Origin: an uncultured Verrucomicrobiae bacterium
Lineage (GTDB): Bacteria > Verrucomicrobiota > Verrucomicrobiia > Chthoniobacterales > JAATET01
Direction of reading: 5' to 3'
DNA length: 64,000 nucleotides
Assembly: GCA_963719495.1 (NCBI GenBank)
Contig: CAVRCI010000005.1
Location: forward strand, 128,001 to 192,000
The notes under the pieces are model-generated. The model saw only the letters and a program-made list of their open reading frames with translations. It was not told where the DNA came from and did not search any database. Position numbers and translations under genes: made by a program. The number at the start of each line of letters is the position of its first letter. The first letter of the stretch is position 1. Below are positions 1-10,024 of the stretch, in pieces.

Positions 1-2
1 GA

Positions 3-1220
3 ATCATTCAAGGAGCGGCGGGTTGCCTTCGGCGGTCTCCGCTTCCCTCCGGCTCCAGCCGCCGAAGTCCGGCAAAGCGAAGCGAGCCAAAGTTCAAGGA
101 GCGGCGATTTGCAATTGGCTGCGCCTGTCTCCGCTTCGCTCCGGCTGCCGAACCAACTAGTCGGCGAAGCCGCAAACTCCTCGCCACCCTCACCCTCATC
201 TGTGCCCTCTGCGCCTTTTCGCGGCCAACTCAAGCCGGCCCCACCGAAGACTGGGCCGTCATCACCGAACTCGACCAAGGTCCACAAACCACCCCCAGCA
301 GCCGCGACGAAGCCGTCCGCGTCGCCCGCACCCACTTCACCAAACACCGCGCCGCCCTGCGCGCTTTCATCAGCCGCTACCCCGACGACCCCCGCACCTT
401 CGACGCCCAACTCCGCCTCACCAGCATCGACGCCGCCGAAGGCAATCTCGACAACAAGCCCACCCTCGTCACCGAAGCCCTCCGCGAACTCATGCGGTTG
501 GAGAAAACCCCGGGCATCCCGCGCGAAAAACTCGCCGACGTCACCTTCCGCCGCATCTCCCTCCAGATGCAAACCATCGAAGGGCGCGACCAGGACATTC
601 GCGAAGCCATCGTCACCGCCGCCACCAACTTCGCCGCCCGCTTCCCCGACGACGTCCGCTCGCCCCGACTCCTCGTCGAAGCCGCCACGCTCTGCGACGA
701 AGTCCCCGATACCATGCGCGACCTCCTCACCCGCGCCAAAAGCCTCTCCCGCGAGCCCGCCCTCGATGACCGCATCGCCGACGACTTCCGCCGAATGAAC
801 GCCCTCGGCCGACCCGTCACCGCCAGATTCGAGACCCTCGGCGGCCGCACCATCGACCTCGAGCGCCTTCGCGGCCAGGTCGTCGTCCTCATTTTCTGGG
901 CGGCCGAGTCCCCTCCCGCGGGCCTCTGGATGCAGGACTTCGTCAAAGACATCCGCCAAATCCCCAAGGACGATCTTCAGATCATCACCGTCAGCCTCGA
1001 CGAGGAACGCGCCAACCTCGACGCCGCCCGCGAAGCCCTCGGCATCACGTGGCCGACCTACTTCGACGGCAAAGGCTGGGAAAACGCCGTCGCCCGCCCG
1101 CTCGGGATCAACGCCCTCCCCACCGTCTGGATCCTCGACAAAAAAGGCACCCTTCGAGTCCTAAACGCCCGCAAATCCTACCCCCAATGGATCCGCAAAC
1201 TCCAGCTCGAGCGAAGCTGA
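3..1220 (+). CDS. Exported TlpA/redoxin-fold protein lacking CxxC; 5' end uncertain
   Basis: C-terminal GQVVVLIFWAAESPP...ITVSLDE...GINALPTVWILDKKG is TlpA-like. The frame of ORF 492..1220 stays open back to nt 3 and includes a signal-peptide-like RKLLATLTLICALCAF, but has no ATG/GTG/TTG before 492. Confidence 0.75.
   Translation: MIQGAAGCLRRSPLPSGSSRRSPAKRSEPKFKERRFAIGCACLRFAPAAEPTSRRSRKLLATLTLICALCAFSRPTQAGPTEDWAVITELDQGPQTTPSSRDEAVRVARTHFTKHRAALRAFISRYPDDPRTFDAQLRLTSIDAAEGNLDNKPTLVTEALRELMRLEKTPGIPREKLADVTFRRISLQMQTIEGRDQDIREAIVTAATNFAARFPDDVRSPRLLVEAATLCDEVPDTMRDLLTRAKSLSREPALDDRIADDFRRMNALGRPVTARFETLGGRTIDLERLRGQVVVLIFWAAESPPAGLWMQDFVKDIRQIPKDDLQIITVSLDEERANLDAAREALGITWPTYFDGKGWENAVARPLGINALPTVWILDKKGTLRVLNARKSYPQWIRKLQLERS
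9..157 (+). repeat. Two variant REP-like family A units (CAAGGAGCGGCG...CTCCGCTTCGCTCCGGCT)
   Basis: Related copies at 12208, 30870, 35724, 40243 and 51507. Confidence 0.8.
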
Positions 1221-1225
1221 GGAAT

Positions 1226-1285
1226 TGGGGAACGCACGCCTCCCGGCGTGCGAGATGTACCGTCCCGGTGCATCGCCCGGCAATT
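1226..1285 (+). repeat. REP-like family B, degenerate double hairpin
   Basis: Resembles GGGGAGCGCACGCGTCCCGCGTGCGAGATGCGGCGTCCCGCCGCATC at 60426 and 30792. Confidence 0.7.
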
Positions 1286-1324
1286 TCCGCCCAAGCGGAA
1301 AAGCCGCAACCGACCCGGTGGAGG

Positions 1325-1756
1325 TCAATCCAGCCCGGATTCGAAACACCCGAACAAAGCGAAGTCAGACCAATTCAAAGTCAAGACACGTCGCACCCCG
1401 GCCCCTAGCCAAGTCGCCGCCAATCGCGTGCCCAGCAGCCGCTTTCGCCCAAGTCGGTGTTGCTTCAGCCACCGCAGCATCTTTTCCACGTCGTCCGGCT
1501 GGGAAGCGATGAGCTGAACGCCCTCTCCCGCGCACCAATCATCGATCGCCCGCAAAGCCTGGCCCATTTGCATCGGAACCTCGAAACGCCGGGGATCGGT
1601 CACAACGTGTAAAAATTCCGGCACTACCTGAGCCGCCAACAGCACCTCCCCTTCCGACCGAAGAACTTCGGCGAAATTTTCCCGCACGCGAGCGTGATCG
1701 GGATGCCGCCGCATCTCGAAGGCAACCAGATACGATGTATCAAGTCCGTGTCTCAT
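1325..1756 (-). CDS. PIN-domain VapC-like toxin
   Basis: MRHGLDTSYLV...PEFLHVVTDPRRF...TLNWSDF PIN pattern; overlaps the upstream small gene. Confidence 0.85.
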   Translation of the reverse strand: MRHGLDTSYLVAFEMRRHPDHARVRENFAEVLRSEGEVLLAAQVVPEFLHVVTDPRRFEVPMQMGQALRAIDDWCAGEGVQLIASQPDDVEKMLRWLKQHRLGRKRLLGTRLAATWLGAGVRRVLTLNWSDFALFGCFESGLD

Positions 1757-1994
1757 CCCGCGCTTCCAACATCTCCCCCAGCAAGTCGCCATCACCGTCA
1801 TTCGCCACGGCGAAGACCTCGCCGCAATCCCAGCCCGGGCGATCCAGTAATTGAACCCGCCGCTGAATTCGACTCTGCCAAAACTGCTCCATCGCTTCCC
1901 GGATCACCTCCGCGGTCGACCGATCTCTCTCCCGTGAGTAACGCCGAAAATCCTCATAAACCGGCTCCGATACATTAACCGATATTGTTTTCAT
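1740..1994 (-). CDS. RHH/CopG-type antitoxin
   Basis: MKTISVNVSEPVYEDFRRYSRERDRSTAEVIREAM ribbon-helix-helix pattern, acidic tail, directly upstream of the PIN gene. Confidence 0.8.
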   Translation of the reverse strand: MKTISVNVSEPVYEDFRRYSRERDRSTAEVIREAMEQFWQSRIQRRVQLLDRPGWDCGEVFAVANDGDGDLLGEMLEARDETRT

Positions 1995-2056
1995 ATACTT
2001 ACGTATATTGATCCCCTGATGCAGGTCGTCAAGCGAATCCCCGACCCAACGCCCCT

Positions 2057-4459
2057 CTACTCCGGCGACGATCCCCAGAATCGCTCGAACGCCCTTGCCC
2101 AGTCCCGCGACTCGACCGCCGCACGGGCGGCTTTCCCCATCCGCGCCCGCAGTTCCGCGTCGGCCGCCAATTCCTGGACGCGGCCCGCGATCCCCTCGGC
2201 ATCGAGCGCACGCGTCACGAAGCCATCGGTCCCGTCGTTCACCAAATCCCTCGGTCCTCCCACGTCGCTCACCACCGTCGGCAAACCGCTCGCCTGCGCC
2301 TCGAGAATGACGTTGCCGAAAGTGTCGGTCGTGCTCGGAAACACGAAGAAATCCGCCGAGGCGTAGGCCGCCGCCAGATCCTCCCCTCCCAGAACCCCCG
2401 TAAAAATCGCGTCCGGCAGCAGCCGCTCCACCTCCGCCCGATACGGCCCGTCGCCCACGAAAACCGGGCGCACGTTCACTCCCGCCGCCGCCAATCGACG
2501 CGCGACCGCCACGGTGACGTCCAAGTTTTTTTCCTTCGAAACCCGTCCGACGTAAAGCATCGCCAGTTCACCATCGCGCAGCCCACGCGATTTCCAAAAT
2601 TCCCCGTCCCGCCGCGTGGGGTGAAACAACTCGATGTCCAACCCGCGCGGGAGAATCTTGATCCGTTCCTTGGGAATCCCCCGCTCGATCCACTCCTTGC
2701 GGTAGTCTTCGGAGTTCACCCAGACGACGTCGAGCTGGCTGTAGAACCAGTGCATGAAGTTCCACGTCAGCGTCTCCATGAACGAATCATCCGTGAGAAT
2801 CCGCACGTATTGCGGAAAATCCGTGTGGTAAATCCCCGCCGTCCGCACGCCCAGCACCTTCGCCGCCGCGAGCGCCGCCAGCCCGACCGGCCCCGGCGTG
2901 CTGATGATGACCTCGCCCACGTTCTCGCTTGCCATCCATTCGGCCATTTCCAGCACCGGCGGGAAGCTCAACCGCTGCAATTCATATTCCGGCAACTCGA
3001 ACTCCCCGACCGGCGGGAAATTCTTGAGCGGAATCCCCATATCCCCGATCTCCGCGCTCGACACGACGACCGTGAGGTCACGCCCCGCCGCCACGCCCGC
3101 CGACGTCATCCGTTTGATCGTCGTCGCCACGCCGTTCACGTCCCCCAGCGTGTCGGTGAACCACGCGCGCTTCTGATTCGTCAACGCCGCCGGCACCTCG
3201 CCGCAAAGCCCCCGGCTCATCGACGCCAGCCACTCGCGCTTCGGCATCCGGAACGCGTGAATGTAGGGACTCAGCAGCGCGATGATCGGCACCAGCGGAC
3301 TGATCGTCTGAATGCTCTCGATGATCTTTCCCGAAGTGATCTGGCCGATGAACTGATTGAAAAACCGAAAGCCGAGCTGGTTCGCGATCAGGTTCGCCAT
3401 CAGGAACGCCCGCCGCTCCGACTCCTCCACGCCAGCCGTCGCCTCCGCCAGCGCGGCTTTCACCTTCGGCTCGGAAAAATACGTCGCCAGCTCCTTCCAC
3501 AGCGACGTGTTTCCAGGCTTCGCCATTTCGAAGATCTTTCCGCTCACCACGCCCTGCGCGAGGAAGTTCAACTTCTCGCCGAACGTAAACTCCGTGGGAT
3601 CCCGCCCTTCCATGAACCGCGCAAACATTTTCTCGATCAACCCCACGCCGGGCTCGTGCGCCTTCGACGAAAGCCGTTCCTTCGCGAACGCAAACGCCAC
3701 GTTGTAGGTCCCGTGCGCCATTCCCAACGCGCTCCCCGCCCGACCCGCCGCCCGGCAATCCCCCCGCCGCACGTTTTCCAGAAATTCCCCCACCGCCGCG
3801 CAATCCGCCGTCTCCGTCCAGGCCCGCCCCGGAAAGACCCCGCCGTGATCGTCGCTCCCGCCGACGAACACCTTCCGCTCCGCCTCCTCGTGCGTCGGCA
3901 CGATCCCCGTCGCCGCGGCAAACCGCTCGATGTCCCGCGCCGTCAGCCGCCCCAGCGCAAACGTCGTCGTCTCGCTCAGAATCGACGCATACCGCCCGTT
4001 CACCCCCTCGAAGTGCCGAAACAACAACGCCAGCTTCTGCAAATGCACCGGCTTCAGATCCTCCCGCACCGCGTGCAGCGGGTGCGCCACCGCGTGCGCG
4101 ATCCCCGCCGCCGTCACGTATTTCTGCAGATCGTAAATGTTCTCCCGCAGCCCCCGCAGATCCCGGTGCTGCGCCTCGCTGATCCCATACACCAGCACGT
4201 TCACCCGGCAACCGTCCTCGGGAAACGTCGCCGTCACCTCCTCGCTGATGAACGTCCCCGGCAACCCGCCGATCTCCAGACACCCCGCGATCGTGTTCTG
4301 ATCCGTCAACGTCACGAAGGCCATCCCCTTCGCCCGCAAGGAATCGTAGACCGCCCGTGGGTCCGTGAAGCTGGCCGGGAAGTCCAGCCGCCGCAGCACC
4401 CAGTCCGCCGCCCGGTCGCTGTGTTTCGAGTAAATGTGGAGGTCGGATCGCGCGCTCAT
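2057..4459 (-). CDS. PHP-domain / family 4 glycosyltransferase fusion
   Basis: N-terminal DLHIYSKHSD, TDQN, AHP, GGSDDH (PHP-like); C-terminal YVGRVSKEKN, FPSTTDTFGNVILEAQASGLP (GT4). Confidence 0.9.
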   Translation of the reverse strand: MSARSDLHIYSKHSDRAADWVLRRLDFPASFTDPRAVYDSLRAKGMAFVTLTDQNTIAGCLEIGGLPGTFISEEVTATFPEDGCRVNVLVYGISEAQHRDLRGLRENIYDLQKYVTAAGIAHAVAHPLHAVREDLKPVHLQKLALLFRHFEGVNGRYASILSETTTFALGRLTARDIERFAAATGIVPTHEEAERKVFVGGSDDHGGVFPGRAWTETADCAAVGEFLENVRRGDCRAAGRAGSALGMAHGTYNVAFAFAKERLSSKAHEPGVGLIEKMFARFMEGRDPTEFTFGEKLNFLAQGVVSGKIFEMAKPGNTSLWKELATYFSEPKVKAALAEATAGVEESERRAFLMANLIANQLGFRFFNQFIGQITSGKIIESIQTISPLVPIIALLSPYIHAFRMPKREWLASMSRGLCGEVPAALTNQKRAWFTDTLGDVNGVATTIKRMTSAGVAAGRDLTVVVSSAEIGDMGIPLKNFPPVGEFELPEYELQRLSFPPVLEMAEWMASENVGEVIISTPGPVGLAALAAAKVLGVRTAGIYHTDFPQYVRILTDDSFMETLTWNFMHWFYSQLDVVWVNSEDYRKEWIERGIPKERIKILPRGLDIELFHPTRRDGEFWKSRGLRDGELAMLYVGRVSKEKNLDVTVAVARRLAAAGVNVRPVFVGDGPYRAEVERLLPDAIFTGVLGGEDLAAAYASADFFVFPSTTDTFGNVILEAQASGLPTVVSDVGGPRDLVNDGTDGFVTRALDAEGIAGRVQELAADAELRARMGKAARAAVESRDWARAFERFWGSSPE

Positions 4460-5382
4460 TTCGTCGAATCGACCGCCGCTCGGTCGAGCCAGTCGTCATA
4501 GGTGATCGCCGGACGCGTCGCAAGCGCGCGCTCGACGCAGCGAAAAATGTGCCGCCGAATCCCGGGAAAATCCCAATCCGGCGGGTGCAATCCCACCCGC
4601 ACCAGCGGCGAGTCGCCCAACCCCCGCAGCAGCGCCTCGTTCCAAGCCAGACTGCAAACCCGCCGCCACCGCGCCCGCACGCTCCAGACCAGACTCCGCG
4701 ACCGATCCACCCGGCCACTCACGAGATCCTCCACCGTTCCAATCCGCGTCGTGTAACGAAACCCCGCCCGCCGCACCGCCCGCTCAGCCTCCACCCCCAG
4801 CAACCAAGCCGGCGCGACGAACCCACTCGGCCGCATCCCCATCGCCGCAAACTCCGCCAGGCCCCGCTCGAGCAACTCCATCGCGACATCCTCCGCCAAA
4901 TCAAAAAATTCCCCCTCCCCCGCCGTATAACGCTCCGTCGTCAGTCGCTTCGCAAAAGAATCCCCCGCCCGGCGCGCCCGGCGGTGAAAATACCCGTGAG
5001 CCACCACTTCGTGCCCCTCCGCCACGCGAGCCCGCAGCCAATCCCCAAACGCCGCATCCTCCGAAATCCGCCCCCGCCCATGATGATCCGGAATCACCAA
5101 CAAAGAAGTCCGCCCCACCCCCAGCCCCCGAAGATCCGCGAGCATCCCATCCACCCGCGGCCAAGTCACCGTCGACACATCGTGCACCGACACAACCAGA
5201 CCCCGGGGACCGCGACCAGGAAGGGGACCGCGACCTTCCAGGTCGCTGTCCTGAGCTTCCAGCTCAGGACCCGTCCCAATCCGCGGCGAAGCCGCCACTC
5301 CCTCCGCCACTCCACCGTCCCGAGCCGGCCCGACATTCGACTTTCCGACCTTCTGACCTTCCGCCTCGCCCACCCCCCACAT
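4456..5382 (-). CDS. Polysaccharide deacetylase-like protein (DUF2334-type); start uncertain, N-terminus repeat-derived
   Basis: [28 protein letters not shown] motifs; stop overlaps the GT start. Confidence 0.8.
   Translation of the reverse strand: MWGVGEAEGQKVGKSNVGPARDGGVAEGVAASPRIGTGPELEAQDSDLEGRGPLPGRGPRGLVVSVHDVSTVTWPRVDGMLADLRGLGVGRTSLLVIPDHHGRGRISEDAAFGDWLRARVAEGHEVVAHGYFHRRARRAGDSFAKRLTTERYTAGEGEFFDLAEDVAMELLERGLAEFAAMGMRPSGFVAPAWLLGVEAERAVRRAGFRYTTRIGTVEDLVSGRVDRSRSLVWSVRARWRRVCSLAWNEALLRGLGDSPLVRVGLHPPDWDFPGIRRHIFRCVERALATRPAITYDDWLDRAAVDSTK
5201..5268 (+). repeat. REP-like family C (GGGGACCGCGACCTTCCAGGTCGC + GAGCTTCCAGCTC)
   Basis: Same double hairpin at 7511-7562 and 57929-58025. 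Confidence 0.8.
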
Positions 5383-5444
5383 CGTTTGCAATCCCACCGC
5401 CCGCATGTTACCGAAAAGGGCTACCCAAATCCAAGAAAACCAAA

Positions 5445-7493
5445 ATGTCCGACATCGATCCACGCGCCCCGAAAGAAAAGGGACAGCGACCCAACGGGAA
5501 CGACCCGCAATTCAACTGGCGCGGCCTCGTTCTCATGGCCGTCGCCTTCGGTCTCATCGGCGGCGCGTTCCTCTTCCGCGGCGGCGCGATGTTGCAGACG
5601 GACACCCTCACCTACCCGCAATTCCAAGCCCTCATGGAGGATGAGAAGATCGTCGCGACCGAGGACAAACCCCTTAACTTCGTCAGCGAACAGGGCTCGA
5701 AAAGCGAATACCTCACCGGGTTCTACGACAAAAAACTCACCGACGGCAACGAAGTCGACACCCCGTTCCGCGTCGACGTCTCCTTCACCCTCGTCGGCGA
5801 AGCTCTCCAGAAGCAGTTCAAGGAAGCCAACCTCCCGTTCTCCTTCGTCTACGAGTCGAACCTCTGGTCGAGCGCGATCATCAGCCTTCTCCCGATCGCC
5901 CTCTTTCTCCTCATCCTCTACTTCTTCTTCCGCTCCCAGATCAAAATGGCCGGCAAGGGCGCGATGAGTTTCGGCAAGTCCAAGGCCAAAATGATGGCCC
6001 GCGATAAGAACAAGATCACCTTCAAGGACGTCGCCGGCGTCGAGGAAGCCAAGGACGAGGTCTCCGAACTCGTCGAATTCCTCAAGGATCCGAAAAAATT
6101 CCAGAAACTCGGCGGCCGCATCCCCAAGGGCGTCCTCATGGTCGGCCCTCCCGGAACCGGCAAGACCCTCATCGCCCGCGCCATCGCGGGCGAGGCCGAC
6201 GTCCCGTTCTTCTCGATCTCCGGCTCCGATTTCGTCGAAATGTTCGTCGGCGTCGGCGCGTCCCGCGTCCGTGACATGTTCGAACAGGGCAAAAAATCCG
6301 CCCCCTGCCTCATCTTCATCGACGAAATCGACGCCGTCGGGCGCCACCGCGGCCACGGCATGGGCGGCGGCCACGACGAGCGCGAGCAGACCCTCAACCA
6401 GCTCCTCGTCGAGATGGACGGCTTCGACACCCAGGACGGAGTCATCATCATCGCCGCCACCAACCGCGCCGACGTCCTCGACCCCGCCCTCCTGCGGCCC
6501 GGCCGCTTCGACCGCCAGGTCGACGTCGGCCTCCCCGACGTCAAGGGCCGCGAAGAAATCCTCCGCGTCCATTCCAAGAAGGTGAAACTCGCCGAAGGCA
6601 TCAACATGGCCGTCATCGCGAAAGGCACCCCGGGCTACTCCGGCGCCGAGCTCGCCAACGTCATCAACGAAGCCGCCCTCCTCGCCGCCCGCTCCGGCAT
6701 GAAGGCCATCACCCAACACGAACTCGAGGAAGCCCGAGACAAGGTCCGTTGGGGCAAGGAAAAGCGCAGCATGGCCATGAGCCCGCGCGAAAAGGAGACG
6801 ACCGCCTTCCACGAAGCCGGCCACGCGATGCTCAATCTCCTCTGCGAGCACAGCGACCCGCTCCACAAGGTCTCCATCATCCCCCGCGGCCCGGCCCTCG
6901 GCGTCACGATGTATCTCCCCGAAGGCGATCGCTACACGAACCACCGGCTCGAACTCAAAGACCGCCTCGTCATGATCATGGGCGGCCGCGTCGCCGAGGA
7001 ACTCGCCTTCGGCGACGTCACCAACGGAGCCTCCGGCGACATCCGCCAAGCCACGTCCCTCGTCCGCAGCATGGTCTGTCACTGGGGCATGAGCGACAAA
7101 CTCGGCATGATCGAATACGGCGAGCAGCAGGGTCAGGTTTTCCTCGCCCGCGACATGTCCAGCAAGAGCCGCGACTACAGCGAAGAGACCGCCCGCGAGA
7201 TCGACGCCGAGGTAAAAAGCATCATCGACGAAGCCTACCAGCGCGCCTTCGCGATGCTCTCCGAGCACCGCGACAAGCTCGACCTCATCGCCAACGCCCT
7301 CCTCGAATACGAGACCCTCAGCGGCGACCAGATCAAGGAACTCATGGACACCGGCGAAATGAAAAACCCGCCCATCATGGAAGTAAAACCCCCACCACTC
7401 CCACCACCGCCAACGGCCACTCCAGCCCCCGAGCCAAAGGGCAAAAGAAAGGACGACCTCCCCCCCGGAGGCCTCGCCCCCGCCCCAGCGTAA
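5445..7493 (+). CDS. ftsH: ATP-dependent zinc metalloprotease FtsH
   Basis: Two TM helices, Walker [24 protein letters not shown] zinc motif. Confidence 0.98.
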   Translation: MSDIDPRAPKEKGQRPNGNDPQFNWRGLVLMAVAFGLIGGAFLFRGGAMLQTDTLTYPQFQALMEDEKIVATEDKPLNFVSEQGSKSEYLTGFYDKKLTDGNEVDTPFRVDVSFTLVGEALQKQFKEANLPFSFVYESNLWSSAIISLLPIALFLLILYFFFRSQIKMAGKGAMSFGKSKAKMMARDKNKITFKDVAGVEEAKDEVSELVEFLKDPKKFQKLGGRIPKGVLMVGPPGTGKTLIARAIAGEADVPFFSISGSDFVEMFVGVGASRVRDMFEQGKKSAPCLIFIDEIDAVGRHRGHGMGGGHDEREQTLNQLLVEMDGFDTQDGVIIIAATNRADVLDPALLRPGRFDRQVDVGLPDVKGREEILRVHSKKVKLAEGINMAVIAKGTPGYSGAELANVINEAALLAARSGMKAITQHELEEARDKVRWGKEKRSMAMSPREKETTAFHEAGHAMLNLLCEHSDPLHKVSIIPRGPALGVTMYLPEGDRYTNHRLELKDRLVMIMGGRVAEELAFGDVTNGASGDIRQATSLVRSMVCHWGMSDKLGMIEYGEQQGQVFLARDMSSKSRDYSEETAREIDAEVKSIIDEAYQRAFAMLSEHRDKLDLIANALLEYETLSGDQIKELMDTGEMKNPPIMEVKPPPLPPPPTATPAPEPKGKRKDDLPPGGLAPAPA

Positions 7494-7510
7494 GACAGGC
7501 AGCGCAGCTG

Positions 7511-7562
7511 CCCCGGGGAGCGCGACCTTCCAGGTCGCAGTTCCGAGCTTCCAGCTCGGAAC
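7511..7562 (+). repeat. REP-like family C copy
   Basis: GGGGAGCGCGACCTTCCAGGTCGCAGTTCCGAGCTTCCAGCTCGGAAC. Confidence 0.8.
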
Positions 7563-7599
7563 CTCGTAACCAACGGCAAAGCCGCACTTCCCCCGCCAG

Positions 7600-8073
7600 C
7601 TACTCCCCCAACGCCCGCAATTCCTGTAGAGTCCAAAACCGCTGCCGCACCTTCGTCTCCGCCCGCAGCGCCGCCACCTCCTCACTCGACACCTCCGCGC
7701 CACCCGAAGCGCCGAAGCCCCCCCACTCGCTCCGCACGTAGCCCGCCACGGCCGCGATCTCCTCGTCATCCAGGGAGTCCCGCCAAGCCGGCATCACCCC
7801 GCCGCCAATTGGCCCGCGCAAACCATCGAGCAGGATCGCAATCAACGGACGCACCGGACCCGTCACCAACTCCGCCCCCACCAGCGAACGCACCGACGCA
7901 TTCACGCCCAGCCCCTCCACCCCGTGGCAAACCACGCACGACCGTCGGTAAATCACCTTCCCCTTCGCAATCCCCTCCAACGTCGGCTTCGGACCACACC
8001 CGCCGAACCCGAGCATCACCGCCCCCACTCCGACAGCCGCAGTCACCCAGCGCGTAGCACCCAGCGCCCTCAT
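7600..8073 (-). CDS. Monoheme cytochrome c (probable lipoprotein)
   Basis: CVVCH heme motif, distal MPAW, signal peptide ending GGC. Confidence 0.9.
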   Translation of the reverse strand: MRALGATRWVTAAVGVGAVMLGFGGCGPKPTLEGIAKGKVIYRRSCVVCHGVEGLGVNASVRSLVGAELVTGPVRPLIAILLDGLRGPIGGGVMPAWRDSLDDEEIAAVAGYVRSEWGGFGASGGAEVSSEEVAALRAETKVRQRFWTLQELRALGE

Positions 8074-8738
8074 CCCTTCGAATGCTCCTTCAGCACCCGC
8101 CGAAGATCCTCCGCCATCGCCTCACCGTTCGCCAATTGATCGTGCCGGTAGGTCGCGATCAATTTCCCCTCCGGATCGAGCATGAATACCGTCGACGAGT
8201 GATCCACCGTGTAGTCATCCGTCCCCTCGAGCGGGTGCGCGTCGTAAAAAACCCCGTAGTCCTTCGCCACGGCCGCGATTTGCTCCGGCGTCCCGGTCAG
8301 CCCCACAAACGACGGATCGAAGAACGGAACGTAGCCCTTCAGCACCTCCGGCGTATCCCGTTCCGGATCGACCGAAATAAACACCATCTGAGCTCGCGCC
8401 CGCTCCTCCGGAGTCAGCAGCCGATCCAGCATCGCCAGGTTCGCCAACCCGACCGGACAAACGTTCGGGCAACTCGTGAACCCGAAATACAGGTAACTCA
8501 CCTTCCCCGCCAGATCCGCCTTCCCGAAGGCCTCCCCGTCCTGATCCGTCAGCGAAAAATCCGCCGCCGGCTGCAAATCGTAGAGCAACCCACCGTAAAA
8601 CGGCGCTGGCCTCCGCGAATCCAGATACTTCGGCAAACCAATGATGATCCCCACCGCCAGGATCACGAACACGATCCAGACACCGGTCGTGAACGTGAAT
8701 TTCTTTGGTCGCCGCGCAACCCGCTCGTGATCACTCAC
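8070..8738 (-). CDS. SCO1/SenC family copper-binding protein
   Basis: FGFTSCPNVCP, ISVDPERD, YTVDHS. Confidence 0.95.
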   Translation of the reverse strand: MSDHERVARRPKKFTFTTGVWIVFVILAVGIIIGLPKYLDSRRPAPFYGGLLYDLQPAADFSLTDQDGEAFGKADLAGKVSYLYFGFTSCPNVCPVGLANLAMLDRLLTPEERARAQMVFISVDPERDTPEVLKGYVPFFDPSFVGLTGTPEQIAAVAKDYGVFYDAHPLEGTDDYTVDHSSTVFMLDPEGKLIATYRHDQLANGEAMAEDLRRVLKEHSKG

Positions 8739-9199
8739 GGCTTCGGAGCGGCCATGAGCACCGTCGCCGGAATGTTGACCTTCCGCCCACCCGGCTCGAA
8801 CTCGAGCGTGATCTCCACCGTCTCGCCGAGCTTCGGATGCTCCGACAATTTCATCAGCATCAGGTGATCCCCACCCGGCTTGAGCGTCACCGATTCGCCA
8901 GCCGCGATCTTCACTTCCGGCACCGTCTCCATCCCCATCACCGTCTGACCGCCCTCTTCGCGCTTCGTCGAGATCATCGGCGCCACCATGCCGGCGATGT
9001 CCGTCGATCCACCGACGAGACTCACGTCCTCCGCACCCGTATTCTTGATCACGAAATACGCCGCCGTCGCCGACATCGCCTCCGGCACCGCTCGCACCCA
9101 GGGCGTTTCGATCACGATCGTCTCATCCGCACCCCGCACCCCCGCCAAACTCAATCCCACCAACAAACCAACTGCCGCCAACGTCCGTAATCCAATCAT
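8735..9199 (-). CDS. Periplasmic copper chaperone PCu(A)C
   Basis: PWVRA, TAAYF, MGM, LKPGGDHLMLM. Confidence 0.92.
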   Translation of the reverse strand: MIGLRTLAAVGLLVGLSLAGVRGADETIVIETPWVRAVPEAMSATAAYFVIKNTGAEDVSLVGGSTDIAGMVAPMISTKREEGGQTVMGMETVPEVKIAAGESVTLKPGGDHLMLMKLSEHPKLGETVEITLEFEPGGRKVNIPATVLMAAPKP

Positions 9200-9319
9200 C
9201 GAACCACGTTCCCCGAGATTTTCTCGAAATCAAGCCGAAGAACCCCGAACCCATCCGTACAAGCAAAGGGCACGACGCCCGAAAGCGCCGTGCCCCTCCC
9301 CAGAGAAGACTTTCCCGGA

Positions 9320-10024
9320 TTAAGACCGCGCCGCCCGGCGCCGCCCGACAACCCAGCCGCCGACCGCGAGCCCGGCCACGACCAGCATCCCGACCGTGCC
9401 CGGCTCAGGAACCACTTCGAACTGATACGCCACCGGCCCGCTCGAAGTCGCCATCCCGCCCGGCAGCACCGCCGAGGCTTCAAATTGCACCGAATAGAGT
9501 CCCGTCGCCGTGAACGCCCAGTTGAAGTGCTGATGCGTACTCGTCGAAAGCGTGATCGAATCCGCGGCGGAGATCCCGTCGCCCGAATCGAAGAATTTGG
9601 TGACGACGCCTAAGCCGTCTTCGGTATACAGCGAGAAGGAACCAGGACCGGAGACGCTCACCAGGTTGAACGTAAGCGTATCGCCAACAAAAGTTCCGGA
9701 GTCGATCTCCTCCGTTGCCAGACCGAGATAGAGGAGATTGGGGTCCTGATCCTGGGGTAGGATCCAAACCGCGTCTCCGGGCGAACCGAGGAAGGACTTC
9801 TGAGGATCGGCCGAGACCGTCGTTTGCGCTCCCGCCGCGACGAAGAGCGTCGCGTCGCCTGGCTCGTATTCTTCGTCAGCGGTCTCGTCGTGAACGTGCA
9901 AATCCCAAGCGTCGTCTTCGTAAGCGATGCCGATGTCGACGTCACCGAGCGATAAGACAACCGCGTTGGCCGACCCGAAGAGGGTCATTGCTAGAGTGAA
10001 GGATAGGATGGATGGCAGTTTCAT
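9320..10024 (-). CDS. Choice-of-anchor M-like surface protein with PEP-CTERM anchor
   Basis: Signal peptide, DVDIG..WDLHVHD, WILPQ, HQHFNWAF; VPEP + TM + RRR tail. Confidence 0.85.
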   Translation of the reverse strand: MKLPSILSFTLAMTLFGSANAVVLSLGDVDIGIAYEDDAWDLHVHDETADEEYEPGDATLFVAAGAQTTVSADPQKSFLGSPGDAVWILPQDQDPNLLYLGLATEEIDSGTFVGDTLTFNLVSVSGPGSFSLYTEDGLGVVTKFFDSGDGISAADSITLSTSTHQHFNWAFTATGLYSVQFEASAVLPGGMATSSGPVAYQFEVVPEPGTVGMLVVAGLAVGGWVVGRRRAARS

